A DNA stretch of 63,919 nucleotides, filler included, from Octopus bimaculoides (GCF_001194135.2; 8 parts of 8 records of this genome joined end to end with filler, not necessarily neighbours in it), one strand, 5' to 3'; positions 14,338 through 27,997 are shown, numbered from the whole stretch's first letter. Program-made: numbers and translations. Notes: generated by a model not told the origin, from the sequence alone.

Positions 14338-16007
14338 GATAGATAGATAGATACATAGATAGATAACTTCGAAACTGTAGAATAGGAAAAAATATGGATT
14401 GGCTTGAATATGCATCGGTCCAATAAGTTTTCAACGATCTCTGTTTTCAAAATGACCCTGGAATTTATCACGAAAAGATATAAATAGTCTTATAAAGACT
14501 GGTAGCCACTGACGTCCTATGGAAATGAATATGCCACATTTAGATTAGGTATATTAAAAGATGGGTACCGTAAAATTTTGTTCATCGGTATTATAATATA
14601 GACAGCATTAAAGGACCTGCAGTTGACCTATCTTACAACGATGTGCATATTTCGAGAGTATGATACACAGTATCATACCAGCTACACAAAATTAGGCGGT
14701 ATAACACTTTAATTTCTTTAATTAAAAACAAAGCCACGGAAATGTGGCCTTTAACGTAAGATGTCTGCTGTCTAGTTTTTAAAATGCGGTGTTTACATTG
14801 TCAAAGATTTTGAGAAAAATTTCCATACGAAAAAAAAATTTTGTCGAATGACAAGCAAATTATTGATCTAATAGGAATAAAGAGACTGAATTATACTAAG
14901 AAAACATTTAATATTTGTGTAAAGCAGGCATTTCGCCAAAATTTCCACAGAGGTTGTTAGCTAAGGTGTTGCCAATAATCAGATCTTTGAAGACAAAATG
15001 TTTTCCACTTGGAACAGTTGAATTTTGAACATTCGATCAAAGTGAGTATTAGTGGTCCATCTAGCAGAGTAGAGTGGAGCTATGAGAGGACTGAGTGTTT
15101 AAGTTTTATGTTAGAAGCCATGTCGATGTATATGGCATATATTTCTGTATGCAATAATAATATATTTGTTTGCTGTTGTGCACTAAATATGTATTTAATT
15201 ACTACAGTCAATAATTAGGATACATGTATACATAATTAGAAATATTCACAAATCGGCGGAATAACTATTTCTATGCATTTATCTGGGTGAGCAAACATTG
15301 ATTGTCCATGCATTTTGTTTACATATATATTGCTTTCACAATATTTTCTTATCTGTACACATTCAATTACTTCATGGCGACTGAAGATATTTTATATCAC
15401 CAACCAGGTAGCGTTAATGTAATTATTAACATGTGCGTATAATACACATTAATTTCTCCATTATGTTCCGTTTTTTTTTATGCACACATACACTCACGCA
15501 CGCACGCTCGCACACACACATACACATACACACGCGCGCGCACAGAAATACACATAGAAACACTTGTACGTATATATGAATGTATTCTTGAATGTACATC
15601 TGATACAGATAATTATTTAATTGTTTTTCGTCTGCTTATGTATTGTTTTATTGTCTCTTTTCTTTATGAATGTTAACCTGAAATAATTACATCTTTAAGA
15701 TATATACATTGCCAGTCGTTCTTATTTAATTATGGTATACACTATATCATTTGTAACAGCTCACTGACTAATCACTATTGTACTTTAGTTGCATGTATGT
15801 ATGTTGATCTAATGTGTTCGATGGTTTGCTTTTCATATGTACCTAATTTCTCATTTATATGATCTCTAGTTGCTTGATGTGGTAGTCTTTCTTGTATTTT
15901 AATCTCTTTTTTTACCGTCTCAGATGAGAATTATCTGTTTACCGATCAAATATAATTTCAATGTTCTTCTTTGCTTGAAATCACATTCACCTCCCCAAGT
16001 CGGCGTA

Positions 16008-16051
16008 TTATTTTATTTAAAGCTTATGCTTATTTTATTTAAAGCTTATGC
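16008..16051 (+). repeat. Exact 22-bp tandem duplication
   Basis: (TTATTTTATTTAAAGCTTATGC)x2. Confidence 0.9.
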
Positions 16052-16127
16052 AACGATATTCTGCCATCAAATAATCTATGTCAAGGATAGCCGTTCGTAT
16101 TTTTTTTTAATGAGTTTCGTTACTTAC

Positions 16128-16145
16128 GTCTAGCGCTTTGAACAT
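16128..16145 (-). CDS. Candidate 18-nt microexon (MFKALD or xVQSARx)
   Basis: TTTTTTTATTGTTTCAG|ATGTTCAAAGCGCTAGAC|GTAAGT; frame-preserving; splice signals only. Confidence 0.3.
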
Positions 16146-16529
16146 CTGAAACAATAAAAAAATTCCTGATGTTCACTTGTTAAATTCCGTAGGAGTTTGT
16201 TTTTATTGATTATCTTCGAAACGGAAGTGCCTCCGATCTGGAGACAAGAAAAGCCGATATTCTTCACTCTTATATTGCTAGAGAATATCAATCACAAACA
16301 GAACTTACACCTTGCACACAAGTACAATTGAAGACACTTTAGTACGATTTTATAGAGGTCCATTAGAACACAACTCATCTAAACGCTATAAATCTATTTA
16401 TTTAAAAGAATGAATGTAGATATGTAATGACGTGACCATCAGATTTTTATACCTCTATATCACAATGAATCATCTAGCACTGTCGAAGTCTTCGAATGCA
16501 ATCTTTCCCTCCACCTGAACAGAACGCCA

Positions 16530-16672
16530 ATAGGCTTCAGGTTATTCATTTACAACTGACTGAACCGGAATAGTGTGAGACGAAGAGCTTTGCTTCAGAC
16601 CACAATGCACAGTCTGAAAATTGAAACCAGGATCTTGCGATCGGGTGTGCAACACCCTAACCATGTCACGTC
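16530..16672 (-). mobile_element. Old tRNA-derived SINE fragment
   Basis: Minus strand begins GACGTGACATGGTTAGGGTG...GGTTTCAATT (degenerate A/B boxes). Confidence 0.4.
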
Positions 16673-16834
16673 TATAAATCTGCGGATATATTGTTTCACT
16701 GGTATTTTAACCCGTTTTTATTGCTATGCTGGCACAACAGAAACGTTCGTTGGTTATGTGTGATGTAAATCAAAGAATAAAGAGGTGATTTCTCCCTTCT
16801 TGTTTATACATACATACATACATACATACATACA

Positions 16835-16865
<31 letters not shown>

Positions 16866-17020
16866 GTGTGTGTGTGTGTGTGTGTGTGCCATTGTGTATT
16901 TCTGTGTGTGTGTCTATATATGTAGGCATATTTATATGCATATGTATATGTATATGTGTGTGTGTGTGTTTATATATGTTTATATATATACATACATATG
17001 TACGTACGTACATATATACG

Positions 17021-17731
17021 TCATTGACCATGACAGAGAGTTGAGCAGAGAATCTGCATCAAATTTTGTCAAAAGCTTAGTGATACCTGCTCAGAGGCCT
17101 AGGCAAAGTTTTCAAAAAAGATTTCATCGTTCTCGGAAGAATCAAGGAAATCTTGTGCAACTGAAACCCGAGTATTATTTTGGTCAGCTGAAAGCAGTTT
17201 GAGCATACACTTGGCAGACACGCGTCTCATAACAAAATCATCAGTAAGAATGGACGGTCCTGAACTGAACGACTAATCTGCACGTCCTCTAATGGCGCAC
17301 AGGTGCTGATTCGACGAATTCTCCTCACACCTGCACGCACATCTGCGATATATTTCCTAGTTTTGCTGTTTCAGGCTCTCTAATAACGTTTGTCAATATC
17401 TACATCTTTTCAATCGTCTTCGAAAAGTATGAACCATTTGTACACTTATGTGCTGCTCAAACACTCCTCTCAATACACTTTCTGCAGCTTTCTGTAGTCC
17501 TTTGAGCAGGTATCGCCATGACAAATTTCTCTATCATGGTCAATGCGTTGATCACACAATACACACCTTCCTTCCAAGCACTGCTGTAAACAATGGAAGT
17601 GAGCTAAAATTTTCAATGTTACTGCGCACGCACAACAGTGTTGAAGGTCAATCTCTGCCAAGCGAATTTACTGTGCGTGCTTTAGCTTCCTTACTATGGT
17701 AATAGTCCGGATAGTTATTGATCAGATGTTG
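17021..17731 (-). mobile_element. Non-autonomous mariner derivative (long-TIR type), one arm truncated
   Basis: Homologous throughout to 60432-61245; terminal GTTATTGATCAGATGTTG followed by TA; internal inverted copy of the transposase 5' end (about 17025-17100 vs 17500-17545). Confidence 0.7.
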
Positions 17732-17782
17732 TACTTACATGCAAACATACATGCATATATACATATTCATTCATGCATACAT

Positions 17783-18160
17783 GTTGTTGGCGCTCCGTCG
17801 CTTACGACGTCGAGGGTTGTAGTTGATCCTATCAACGGAACGGCCTGTTCGTGCAATTAACGTGCAAGTGGCTGAGCATTCCACATACACGTATACCCAT
17901 AACGTAGTTCTCGGGGATATTCAGCGTGACACAGTGTGACAAGGCTGCCCCTTTGAATAACAGGCACAACAGAAACAGGAAGTAAGAGAAAGTTGTGGTG
18001 AAGGAGTACAGCAGGGTTCGCCACCACCCCCTGCCGGATACTCGTGGAGCTTTAGGTGTCTTCGATCAATAAACACTCACAACGCCCGGTCTGGGAATCG
18101 AAACCGCGATCTTATGACCGCGAGTCCGCTGCCCTAACCACTGGCCCATTGCGCCTCCAC
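17783..18160 (-). mobile_element. tRNA-derived SINE, near full length
   Basis: Minus-strand head GTGGAGGCGCAATGGGCCAGTGGTTAGGG...GGTTTCGATTCCC with pol III A and B boxes; its 3' portion recurs at about 35700-35820. Confidence 0.8.
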
Positions 18161-19331
18161 CATGCATACATACATACTTACACGGCTTGCAGATCTTTTA
18201 CCAGCATTTGTTTGGCATTTGTATCCATTTTCGTATTTTTCTCTGTGACGTCATTGTCCCTCCGCCACTGTTTGGATATTGTTTTGGTTTAATGTTTATA
18301 CGACTGTGTCCGCTGTCGATACATTTCGCAGAAAGAAGCTCTGATATTACTTTGTCATCTCATTCTGTGAGTATGAATATACTTTCCAAATATGCTGCTC
18401 AAGTCCTTCTTTGTCTTCTCTAAATGCCCCAAACCTTGGCTGCACGAATAGTTTACTGGCAAATTGGAAGGTGTCTCTGGAGAAGGAATCTCTTATCTAT
18501 CTATATAGCTAGCTATGTAGCTATCTATCTATCTATGTATCTATTTATCTGTCTAAATATCTACCTATCTATCTATTTATCTATCTATTTATCTATCTAG
18601 ATATCTATTTATGCATGCATGTACGTATGTATGTATATATGTATGTATATCATAGTATACTGTTGCGTAAATGTAATATCAACAGAAACATACTCCACCT
18701 GGAGAGTACAAATATATATTATATATAGAGAGAGAGGGGGAGGGAGGGAGAGAGTAAGAGAATTTAGGTGTAAGATACATATATAATGTCTACAATATTC
18801 AACAAACAAATACAAATGGAACGTATATAGATTGGCATACATGTATAGAGTCGATACATTTATGTGTGTGCTTATAATATACATACAAGCATACATACAT
18901 AAGTCCCAAAAATTAAGCCCGTAGCAGACATATTCACACTACACTACATATACGTACACACTAACTTACCAAGCAACATATTTGTAAATCGGGTTTGAAC
19001 TACAATAAAAACCATTTATGTAGGGGGAGCGTTTACGTGCGCTCGCGCGTTTGTGTATGTGTGCAGATATATAGAGAAAAGAGATAGATGTAGTTATGTA
19101 CATATAGATATATACAGCACATGCATCTATACGTATCTATGCATAATTAGATGTATATATATACACAGATCTATATCTATCTATTTAAATAGATATTACA
19201 AATTAAAAGGGTAAAGGATTATCAATTTATTAATTAATAAATCAATTAACAATTAACAATTTTTACCAAGCCCATCGGTATGAAAGAACCATTATTGGTG
19301 GAGAACTTATTTAAAAGCTCATATATATTTA

Positions 19332-19640
19332 TAAATATAATTAAGGGATCAGCAAATATTTGCTTCACCATATACCGAAGTTCAGAAATAGCAGCTAAAA
19401 AAGCTGAGAATCCCACAGATAGCATCACTTGTAACTCACAAAGGCAATTATCAATCATGATCTAGAAACGCGTTTACTGTTAAACATCGGAATTGGTTAG
19501 TTTTCATTGTTTTTTTCTTCTTGTTTTTGCCTTTGTGAGTTACAAGTGATGCTATCTGTGGGATTCTCAGCTTTTTTAGCTGCTATTTCTGAACTTCGGT
19601 ATATGGTGAAGCAAATATTTGCTGATCCCTTAATTATATT

Positions 19641-19642
<2 letters not shown>
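19332..19642. repeat. Perfect 116-bp inverted repeat, 79-bp spacer
   Basis: 19332-19447 is the exact reverse complement of 19527-19642. Confidence 0.95.
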
Positions 19643-19671
<29 letters not shown>

Positions 19672-20980
19672 ACAGATGTGTATGACTTTCTATTTATATA
19701 TATCTGATTGAATTTCTACCCGTTCTCATGTATATGTGTATATTCTATTATATGTATGTGAACCTGTTCTGTGCGTCTGCACTTGATTGGTTTCTGCTTG
19801 GGAGCGCGTATATATGTTTATCTAACTGAATACGTTGGAAATGTCTCTGTATACATCTTTCTGTATATACACAAAAATATTTCTGTGCTCTTTGCTAATT
19901 CTGAAAATGTTTATCTTTCCTTACTTCACATGGAAATATTAAATATTTTTAATTTCCCTCAGCGCATCATCACCGTATAAAAACAACAATTTAAATCAAC
20001 AATTTCCTATGTTTAGTATCCTCTTAGTCACTTAGAACAGCATTAACATTTGCACTATAGTGAATCCCTGTAGCATATGATACTGCATCTCCTTTTCCGA
20101 GATGCTCTCTAGTATTTTATTTCTACCTTATTGTATTTCAGCTGTTATGTCGATATACTCCACTAATAAACGGTTTATTCCCTCAGTGTAGAACGCCAAG
20201 TACATACACAGACAAACGATTATTTTCACACACTCGTGTATATATTTGTGGCAGGGTCTGTGTTTGCTTACGTGTGCGTTTGTCTGTGTTTAAATATATA
20301 TGTCTAATTGAAATATGTGGAACGCGGCCCACATAATAATTGACTTGGAAAATACAGATCACGTGATTTACTTTCCTATTACAAAGCGTGCGTTGTTTAA
20401 TAGGGCTATAATATCCTGTTAATGATAAGGAAAATGTTTCCCTATCAGCCAAAGATACTATAAAAAGCTTTCACAAAAAATGTATATTTTGTATCAGTCG
20501 ATGAATGCACCGTGCTGAAAAATTCTATTTTATGCGAAGGAGAATAACGAGAATTCTTTTAAAAGAACCAAAGAAATGCACAATTCAATTCTACCTACTC
20601 GACAACAAATGGCCCGAGCACGTTTAAACAAAAAGCAATATATCATAGCTGTATTGCAATACATGGACACGGATAAATATCTATAGATAGATACATACAT
20701 ACATACACGCACACACGTACACACACACACGCATATATACAACCATGTGTCGGCTACATTATGGAACGGTCGTGCATATTGTACACTATGCATTATACGC
20801 TATATGTTAATGTCAGTTAAGAGTGTATTTTAAACGCTCTTGTATACGACAGAATGCACCTGGGACACTGCTAAGTTACAGGGCGATAAATGCACCACCA
20901 TGACTTGTCAAACAATTGTAGACGGACAAACACAGACACAAAGAAACACACACACACACATATATATATATATTTGTGCG

Positions 20981-21046
<66 letters not shown>

Positions 21047-21049
<3 letters not shown>

Positions 21050-21151
21050 CGACGGGCTTCTTTTAGTTTCCGTCTACCAAATGAACTCACAAGACTTTCG
21101 TCAACCTGAGGTTATAGTAGAAGACAAGCGCCTTACCAAGCAGCCACGCCT
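21047..21151 (-). mobile_element. SINE fragment (same family as 44475-44822)
   Basis: GACGGGCTTCTTTTAGTTTCCGTCTACCAAAT...TATAGTAGAAGACA matches the 44660-44745 segment. Confidence 0.7.
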
Positions 21152-21771
21152 GCATTTTCTTACACTATCACTATTTTATATCTTGAAATTTCAACCGTTG
21201 AATTTTGAGGTTATTGGTGTTATGGATTCCGGTCTATTTCCTGGTACATCTGTTCATGACTTCAGGCAATTACCTAACGGTGTCATCAATACGTTTTCGT
21301 CGTTTTTGTCTCATCAACATAAGTTTTTGTCTCATCAAAAAGAGCACCATCTTGTCAATAAAATTTATGATGGGCGGAAGACACCATTTACTTCGAATCT
21401 GTCATTTTACGTTAGTATTCAATTCTTGATAATCTGACTTGAATTTTGAATAGTTACTGGTGATTCTCTGTGCAAGATGTGGTAGTCCTTGTGAACCGGG
21501 ATAATTAGAGGAAATATAAAGCTTAAAAAGCTTGTGATAATTTGACTCATGATAATGTAGAGAGAACTGTTTTGTGAGATTTGCCCACGCATACATACAC
21601 TCGACCACACACATATATACACTCACACACATCATCCTCACACAATGATGCGCCTGCGCGTACACAGTTTACTCATGTCAGTGTAATCTTATTTGCATAC
21701 AACCTCTAAAAACTAGAATCGCTAATCCAGGCAAGTTATTTTGACCACTCTCAATATTTTTTTACTCATTC

Positions 21772-21807
21772 CTTTCTGTCGAAGAGCGTAGGTTTGAAAC
21801 GTCAAAG
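21772..21807 (+). ncRNA. Hammerhead-like motif, variant core CTGTCGA (dispersed repeat copy 1)
   Basis: CTTT-CTGTCGA-A-GAGC[GTAG]GTTT-GAAA-CG-TC-AAAG; downstream sequence shared with copies 2-4. Confidence 0.45.
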
Positions 21808-22519
21808 CCTTTCCCAGTTTTCCTGAGTGCTGAAGTAATACACCTTGTTTGTTTCTCCTTCACCAGTCTCTGTCCTTTGCTTTTTGGACCGTGTGTCAGT
21901 GTCTGTGTGGGTAAGGGAGTGTATGTATGTGAGTGGCTGTGTGGGTGTGTGCGAGTGAGCGAGTGAACGAGGGAGGGAAGGGAGAGAGGGAGGGAGCGTG
22001 TGTGTGGTGGGGGTATCCGGTGTGTGTCGTTGTATGTGGTTGACTAAATAGAGAGAATGTTTCGTTGTAAAGTGTTGATAGGAAAACGGTAAGATAAATA
22101 CTTGAATATTATATTCATCTTTTAGTATTTACCGTGATTAAATAAATCGAACTGTAGATTTTTTTCTAAATAAACAACAAAGGATATTCATGTACAACAA
22201 AGCAATGTAGACATTATTTTACAAAGTATCTCCCATATGTTTTAATAAAATAGTTAATTAAGGAGTGAGTGAATGCCTCCCTCGTGCCCAAATTTAATGG
22301 GAATTTTCCACCAGGACGCCAATAGTAAAATCCAGGACGAGAAGAAGCATTAGGAGAAACGCTTGCAAAAGAAGCGTACAAACGTATTAACAATGAGTTT
22401 ATAATGCCGGGCCTTATAGATATGTTGTCAAAGAAGTTTGGAAAATAACATGATAGTGCGTAATGCCTAGCCTCTTGTTAATAAAATCAAGCCGGCATCG
22501 TAAAAACACTTGCAATTGA

Positions 22520-22574
<55 letters not shown>

Positions 22575-25256
22575 CATAATATTCCAGTACGTGTACACTA
22601 TAGAGTATATACGCTAGAATAAAGTCACGTGTGGATCATATTTAATGGATAGGGATGTTGAGAATTTAGCGTGAGGGACAAGACAATATACGATGGAATT
22701 GAAAGACAAGCCGTTCGTGTTTGATACTCATGTATTAAAATACACAAATTTATTTAAATACCGCTAGAAAAAAGAAAAACATTTATATCAGATGCAAGAG
22801 ATCTCATATACATTTTTCTGACGAAGCGATTTTTGTTCTTAAATTCCAATCTATTGATTTTCGCCTGGAATCAATAATGATGTTATCTTACATCCACATG
22901 TTATTTTTATAAATTATATATAATTTATTTTGCCATCTGAATTATCTTTCCCCTAAATTACTCCATGACCTACATAAAACATATGTATGCTATATATATT
23001 TAAATATATAATACTTACGCATATATATGTATGTATATATGTATATATGTACATATGTATATATCTATCTATCTATCTATTTATATATATATATGTATGT
23101 ATGTATATATTATATACATATATATATATTTCTATGTATATGTATACATATATGTGAGTATATACATGTATATGGATAAATTCTTAAATGTAAGTATATC
23201 TTATACAAAACAGTACTATAATTCTAAAGTATAGAGAACGGTTAATATGTTTCAAAAATATTAATAGCTGGAGCCACAATAGGTTCTCGTTTACAGAACA
23301 ATACTGTTGCGAATAACGTGCTTATTATGCGGAAAATACCCATGTGTCTGTGCGTGTGTTTGTGTGCATGAGAGAGAGAGAGAGAGAGAGAGAGCGTGTT
23401 TATTTATATATATAAGCATATATACACACACATATGCATAAATGTGTACTTATACTTAATTTGATACAAATTCTCCGGCATAATTTTACTGAATGAGATG
23501 AAAGGAGCCGAAATATATATATATATTAGTGAGACGTATAATATCGATCCTTCTCGAGATAAAATTGAAGTCAAATACGTTTGCAATCATTTCCGAATGT
23601 GTCGCTGGTTCAGCCAGAAAGTATGTCATAAAAATGACATTCCTAATTCTGCAGGCTCTCAGTGAAAAACATCATCAGAAACGATATGGTATGTACTTAT
23701 ATTTCAAACATATGAGGAATTGAAATGGTCACGATTTTGTAAGGTTTTTTGCCATGTTGAAGGCAATTATAATTTCTTTGCTACGTTAAATAATGATTCA
23801 TATATTCTTGGGAACATGGATATACTGTTTCATAACAAATGATATCACAATGTATGCAATATATTAGCTGACGTCATTATAAAAAATTCGCTTTAATGTA
23901 GAACACATGGCAAACAAATTATATATACAGGCATTATGAATTTGTGCTTGCTGTGTGTATAAGTGTGAGTAAATGTATATGTGCTGTATGTGTGTGTGTA
24001 TATATATATATATATATGTATATGGAAGATTAAATTTTGCTAAAGACAAAAGAGAAAGAAACTATTCATTCCAATGGCAAAGACCAAAGTGAGTCGATAG
24101 GAAGTAAACTTGTGTTACATTTTACAACGTCTCGAACGATGCTCGCTAAAAGAAAGAAGCAAAATGGCTGTTTATAACTCCACTCAGTTACTACATATAT
24201 CTGCATTAAGGTGTGGGGAAAAATATCGAAACATTATACTAACCTCAAACTCAGAGTATGTAGCATGGGACAATTGACTGCAGTGTTCCGTATCTTTGTT
24301 ACACATTCTAGTAACCATCTATGTTCACTGAGAGAAAATTTTACACTGGCGGGCAGCATTAGACTCGCATCATTCTCCTGCAAACAGAAAAAAAGTTTAT
24401 TCAGTTCTTTATTAGCCACACTGGGAGATGTAAGATATTTTCACGTAAATAGATCACAAGGCTAAGTTGTGATAAAATAGGGAAATATGCAATGCGTAAC
24501 TTCCAAAACAGGGCTGTCTCTTTGAAACAAATATAATTTCACATGTCTCTCTGATTTGAATAGACAAGGCCACCATACACTCATGTGTCTGGATTTGCTC
24601 TATCAATACGTGTTTCCAAGTAAACACCCTTAAACCACGCCAAACTAGCAAACTTTTGTTCCATTTTCAGTAAATTTACTGAAGGGTAGCACTTCCTTCT
24701 TTGCCTCCCATTATTCTTCAAGTGGCAGTATAGCAACAAGAACAAAACTAAAGAATATACTTGAACAAATCTTTGATGTGTTGGGTTATCTACAAATATT
24801 TTATCGGACACCATAAACGTCAGATTCTGAAACGGTATAATAAATTGCGCTGTTAACATTCCAATTTCAAAATACATAAATTATCGTAGAAGTTCATTTT
24901 TAGTTTAACTATTAAAAGGTATTTGAGATCATTTCTAGATATAATTTTAAAGGTGACCTAAGATAAGTCTACAGTATCTTAGCATAAAAATCTAGCAAAG
25001 TAAATATCCACCATTCTATCTATCATTTCCCCAGACAACCTCTCCAAATATCTATTTATCTTCTTAACTACATATCTATCAAACCATCTGTCTAAAGTTT
25101 TTGCCCTCTGACCCTCTCTTTCTCAACTCTTGTTCCTTTTTTCCGCTATATATTATATAACATTATTATTGTATAGAAGGTTCATCTTTGACAGTAGTAT
25201 ACATGAAAGAAATATACACTATATAGTATTGTATATTCAATATATTATTGTTATAT

Positions 25257-25293
<37 letters not shown>

Positions 25294-25390
25294 ATTACAA
25301 ACATTTAATAAGTATATATTTCAAAGCAAAGGAACGCTCTCTCTTTCTCTCCTCTGGGTATATATATCTCTCTCCCTTTCACTCCACTGG

Positions 25391-25426
<36 letters not shown>

Positions 25427-25640
25427 CTCTCNNNNNNNNNNNNNNNNNNNNNNNNNNNNNNNNNNNNNNNNNNNNTTAATTAATTAANNNNNNNNNNNNN
25501 NNNNNNNNNNNNNNNNNNNNNNNNNNNNNNNAGGACAATACGCGACTTCGTTGGAACAGTCCTTCCCGCAAAGCAAATTAAATAAAATTTGGAATTTTTT
25601 GCGGTGGGTGAAAGTGTAAACAAGAACAGGATAGTGAGAA

Positions 25641-25767
25641 CAAGACAGTAAAAGACAGTAAAAACAAGACAGAACAGTGATAAGCTTTCTATCGTCTTGG
25701 CTTAACAAACAGCCCTTACGTTTGTTTTCACTGTTCTGTCTTGTTTTTACTGTCTTTTACTGTCTTG
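25641..25767. repeat. Perfect 40-bp inverted repeat, 47-bp spacer
   Basis: 25641-25680 is the exact reverse complement of 25728-25767. Confidence 0.92.
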
Positions 25768-25874
25768 CGTTTATTTGGCAAAAGAAAAAAAAAAAATGAC
25801 CATCCCGAAATATAACAATATCTGTTTCAATACACGGTTTCATATCAGATATCTTGCAAAACAAATTCATAACA

Positions 25875-27960
25875 GTAAAGAAATTATTTTCAATCCAACA
25901 AACCTTCGAGCGCCGATGTGACGAACGTCGAAAACAAATGATGAAAAGGATGATGTTCCTAATGCTAACCAGGCCAACAAATTCAGGAATGAGATATGGG
26001 GAAACATTGTGATGCAGAGAAAGGATGCCAAGTGGATAGAAATCAAGACAGAATTGCGAGGAGGAAATAAACAAAGAGATAAAGTGGTCAAGGTACCAAA
26101 CTGGAAAGGTCCCGATTTAGATGGGATCCATGACTTCTGGTTGAAGAGATTCACTCCAAAAAGTAACGGTTGTTACCACCTCAATCTGGTTCTGCATAGA
26201 ACAATGTTACTACTCTTTTTAACCCCAAGAGGACACCTTCTCCAGCTGGTTAACGACACAATATCTGTGTTCGATATATTGCAAACAACGGAGCGAACAA
26301 CTCTCATCTAACGGTGACAAGACCAGTAGACCAGCTGGTTTCAGGGTCTTACCATTCCTCAGTACTGGTTATTTATTCATTTATTTTTCTAGCAGACAGC
26401 TGGTCTACTGGTCTTGTTGCAGCTAGATGGGAATTGTTCGCTCCCTTGTTTGCAATATAATGGACACAGATATTGTGTCATTAACTAGCCGGAGGAGATG
26501 TCCTCCTGGGGTTAAAAAGAGAAGTAATAGTGTTCAATGCAGAACAACCACATTGAGGTGGTAACAACCATTCTTTTCAGTAGAGTTACTACTTACATCT
26601 CTTATAGAGATTTTAGAACTAGCAACCTTGCTAGTTTGACTCCGATTTATGAAATACTGACAACTCAGTTGAATGAATGTGTCGAATGAGGCGCAGTTTC
26701 CTCTTGTTATAAAAGATAGAAGGGGAATGTTGAAGTAAACTACCGTCTTATAGCATGTCTGAAAGTTGCTTACTGGAATATTTGCTGAGGTAGCATATAC
26801 TTTTCTTTTATAGAAAATAATATTAAAATAATATTACTAAGAGAACAAAAAGGATGTAAGAAGAAATCTCAGGGTACCAAGGATCTCCTGGTTATCGATA
26901 AAACAGCTTTTAGATATTGTAAAAAACATCATACCTACATGTCTTTGGCCTGGATTGAATTTAAGAAGACATATGATAAGGTGCTTCATTCTTGGATTGT
27001 TGAAGCTTGCAAACGTTTGATATTGCTGACATCACAATTTTTTTTTTGAATAGTAAGCTAGACTTGTAGGCCAAGTTGTACTCGGGCAATGTATTCCATT
27101 GAGAAATAGAAATTAAAAGAGGTATCTTCCCAGGTGACTCGTTTTTACCGTTACAATTTGTCACAACACATACCTGAATGTAGTTGCAGTGGTTAGATAT
27201 AGGGAGTCCATTCTATGGTGGACTGAAGAAGAAATACCAAAGTTGGATAGAAAGATGAGAAAGTCAATGACATTGTATGAAACTTTAGACTCTAAAGCAA
27301 ATATAAATAGATTGTACAAGAAGAAAAAGAATGGTGGTAAAGGTCTTATCAGTGTGGATTATTGTTTAAGAGACCAAAGGAAACCGCTTGCAAAATATTT
27401 GGTAAATACTACTGAAGAGTTGTTGCAATATGCAGCAGAAGATATATGGGTATAAATGGAGATGGTAAAGAAAATGAGGCTAACCTTAAATAGTGGACTT
27501 CGGTTGGGCATGTTCTCTTCTCCACTCAGGAGTACGGTAAGCGGTGAAAAGATTAGGCCTAATGTCTGGGTCGATATTATATCAATATTACACTTGCTAG
27601 AACTGGCCAATATTAGATATAAGTACAGTGCAGCAGCAACTGCCGAGTTGTGGAAGGAATTAAAGAATGTCTAAGAATATGGGACAGGGACATGAAAGAA
27701 AACCAAAGCTGACAACGAAGAGCAGATCATATTTGCACAGTTAGGGTAGCTGCATGAGCTTCTGGTTTCATGTGATATCTCCATTTGATGAAAGAGTTAT
27801 AAACGAAAAAGAACGGCGTGTTTTGATATGGGCTGAACGAACAGGATCGTTCCTTGATAACAATCACTGGAATAAACGATAGTGTCAGGTGTTGATATCG
27901 TTGGGATCTCCAGTCGATTGGTGATAAGAATTGTGTCTCGCTGCTGAAGATTTATGTGGA
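25875..27960 (+). mobile_element. R4/Dong-like (RLE-type) non-LTR retrotransposon relic, interrupted by a foldback insert
   Basis: Broken frames give VPNWKGPDLDGIHDFWLKRF; EQKGCKKKSQGTKDLLVIDK; MSLAWIEFKKTYDKVLHSWI; IKRGIFPGDS; VRYRESILWWTEEEIPKLDRKMRK...RLYKKKKNGGKGLISV. These match R4/Dong/NeSL-type RT motifs. Confidence 0.8.
26159..26577. repeat. Foldback element: about 180-bp diverged inverted arms with 59-bp spacer
   Basis: 26159-26337 is the reverse complement of 26397-26577 (about 80-85% identity by eye; innermost 21 bp perfect). Confidence 0.85.
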
Positions 27961-27997
27961 ATAAATATGTATGCATGTGTGTATGTATGTATGCATG

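Noticed and set aside
18080-18160. tRNA-like sequence
   Set aside because: It is a SINE head continuous with a SINE body and lacks a complete cloverleaf; not a tRNA gene.
23655-23688. Plus-strand AG..GT segments at 23655, 37145 and 62201
   Set aside because: Splice-like signals only; 37145 overlaps a tandem repeat and 62201 has stops in all three frames.
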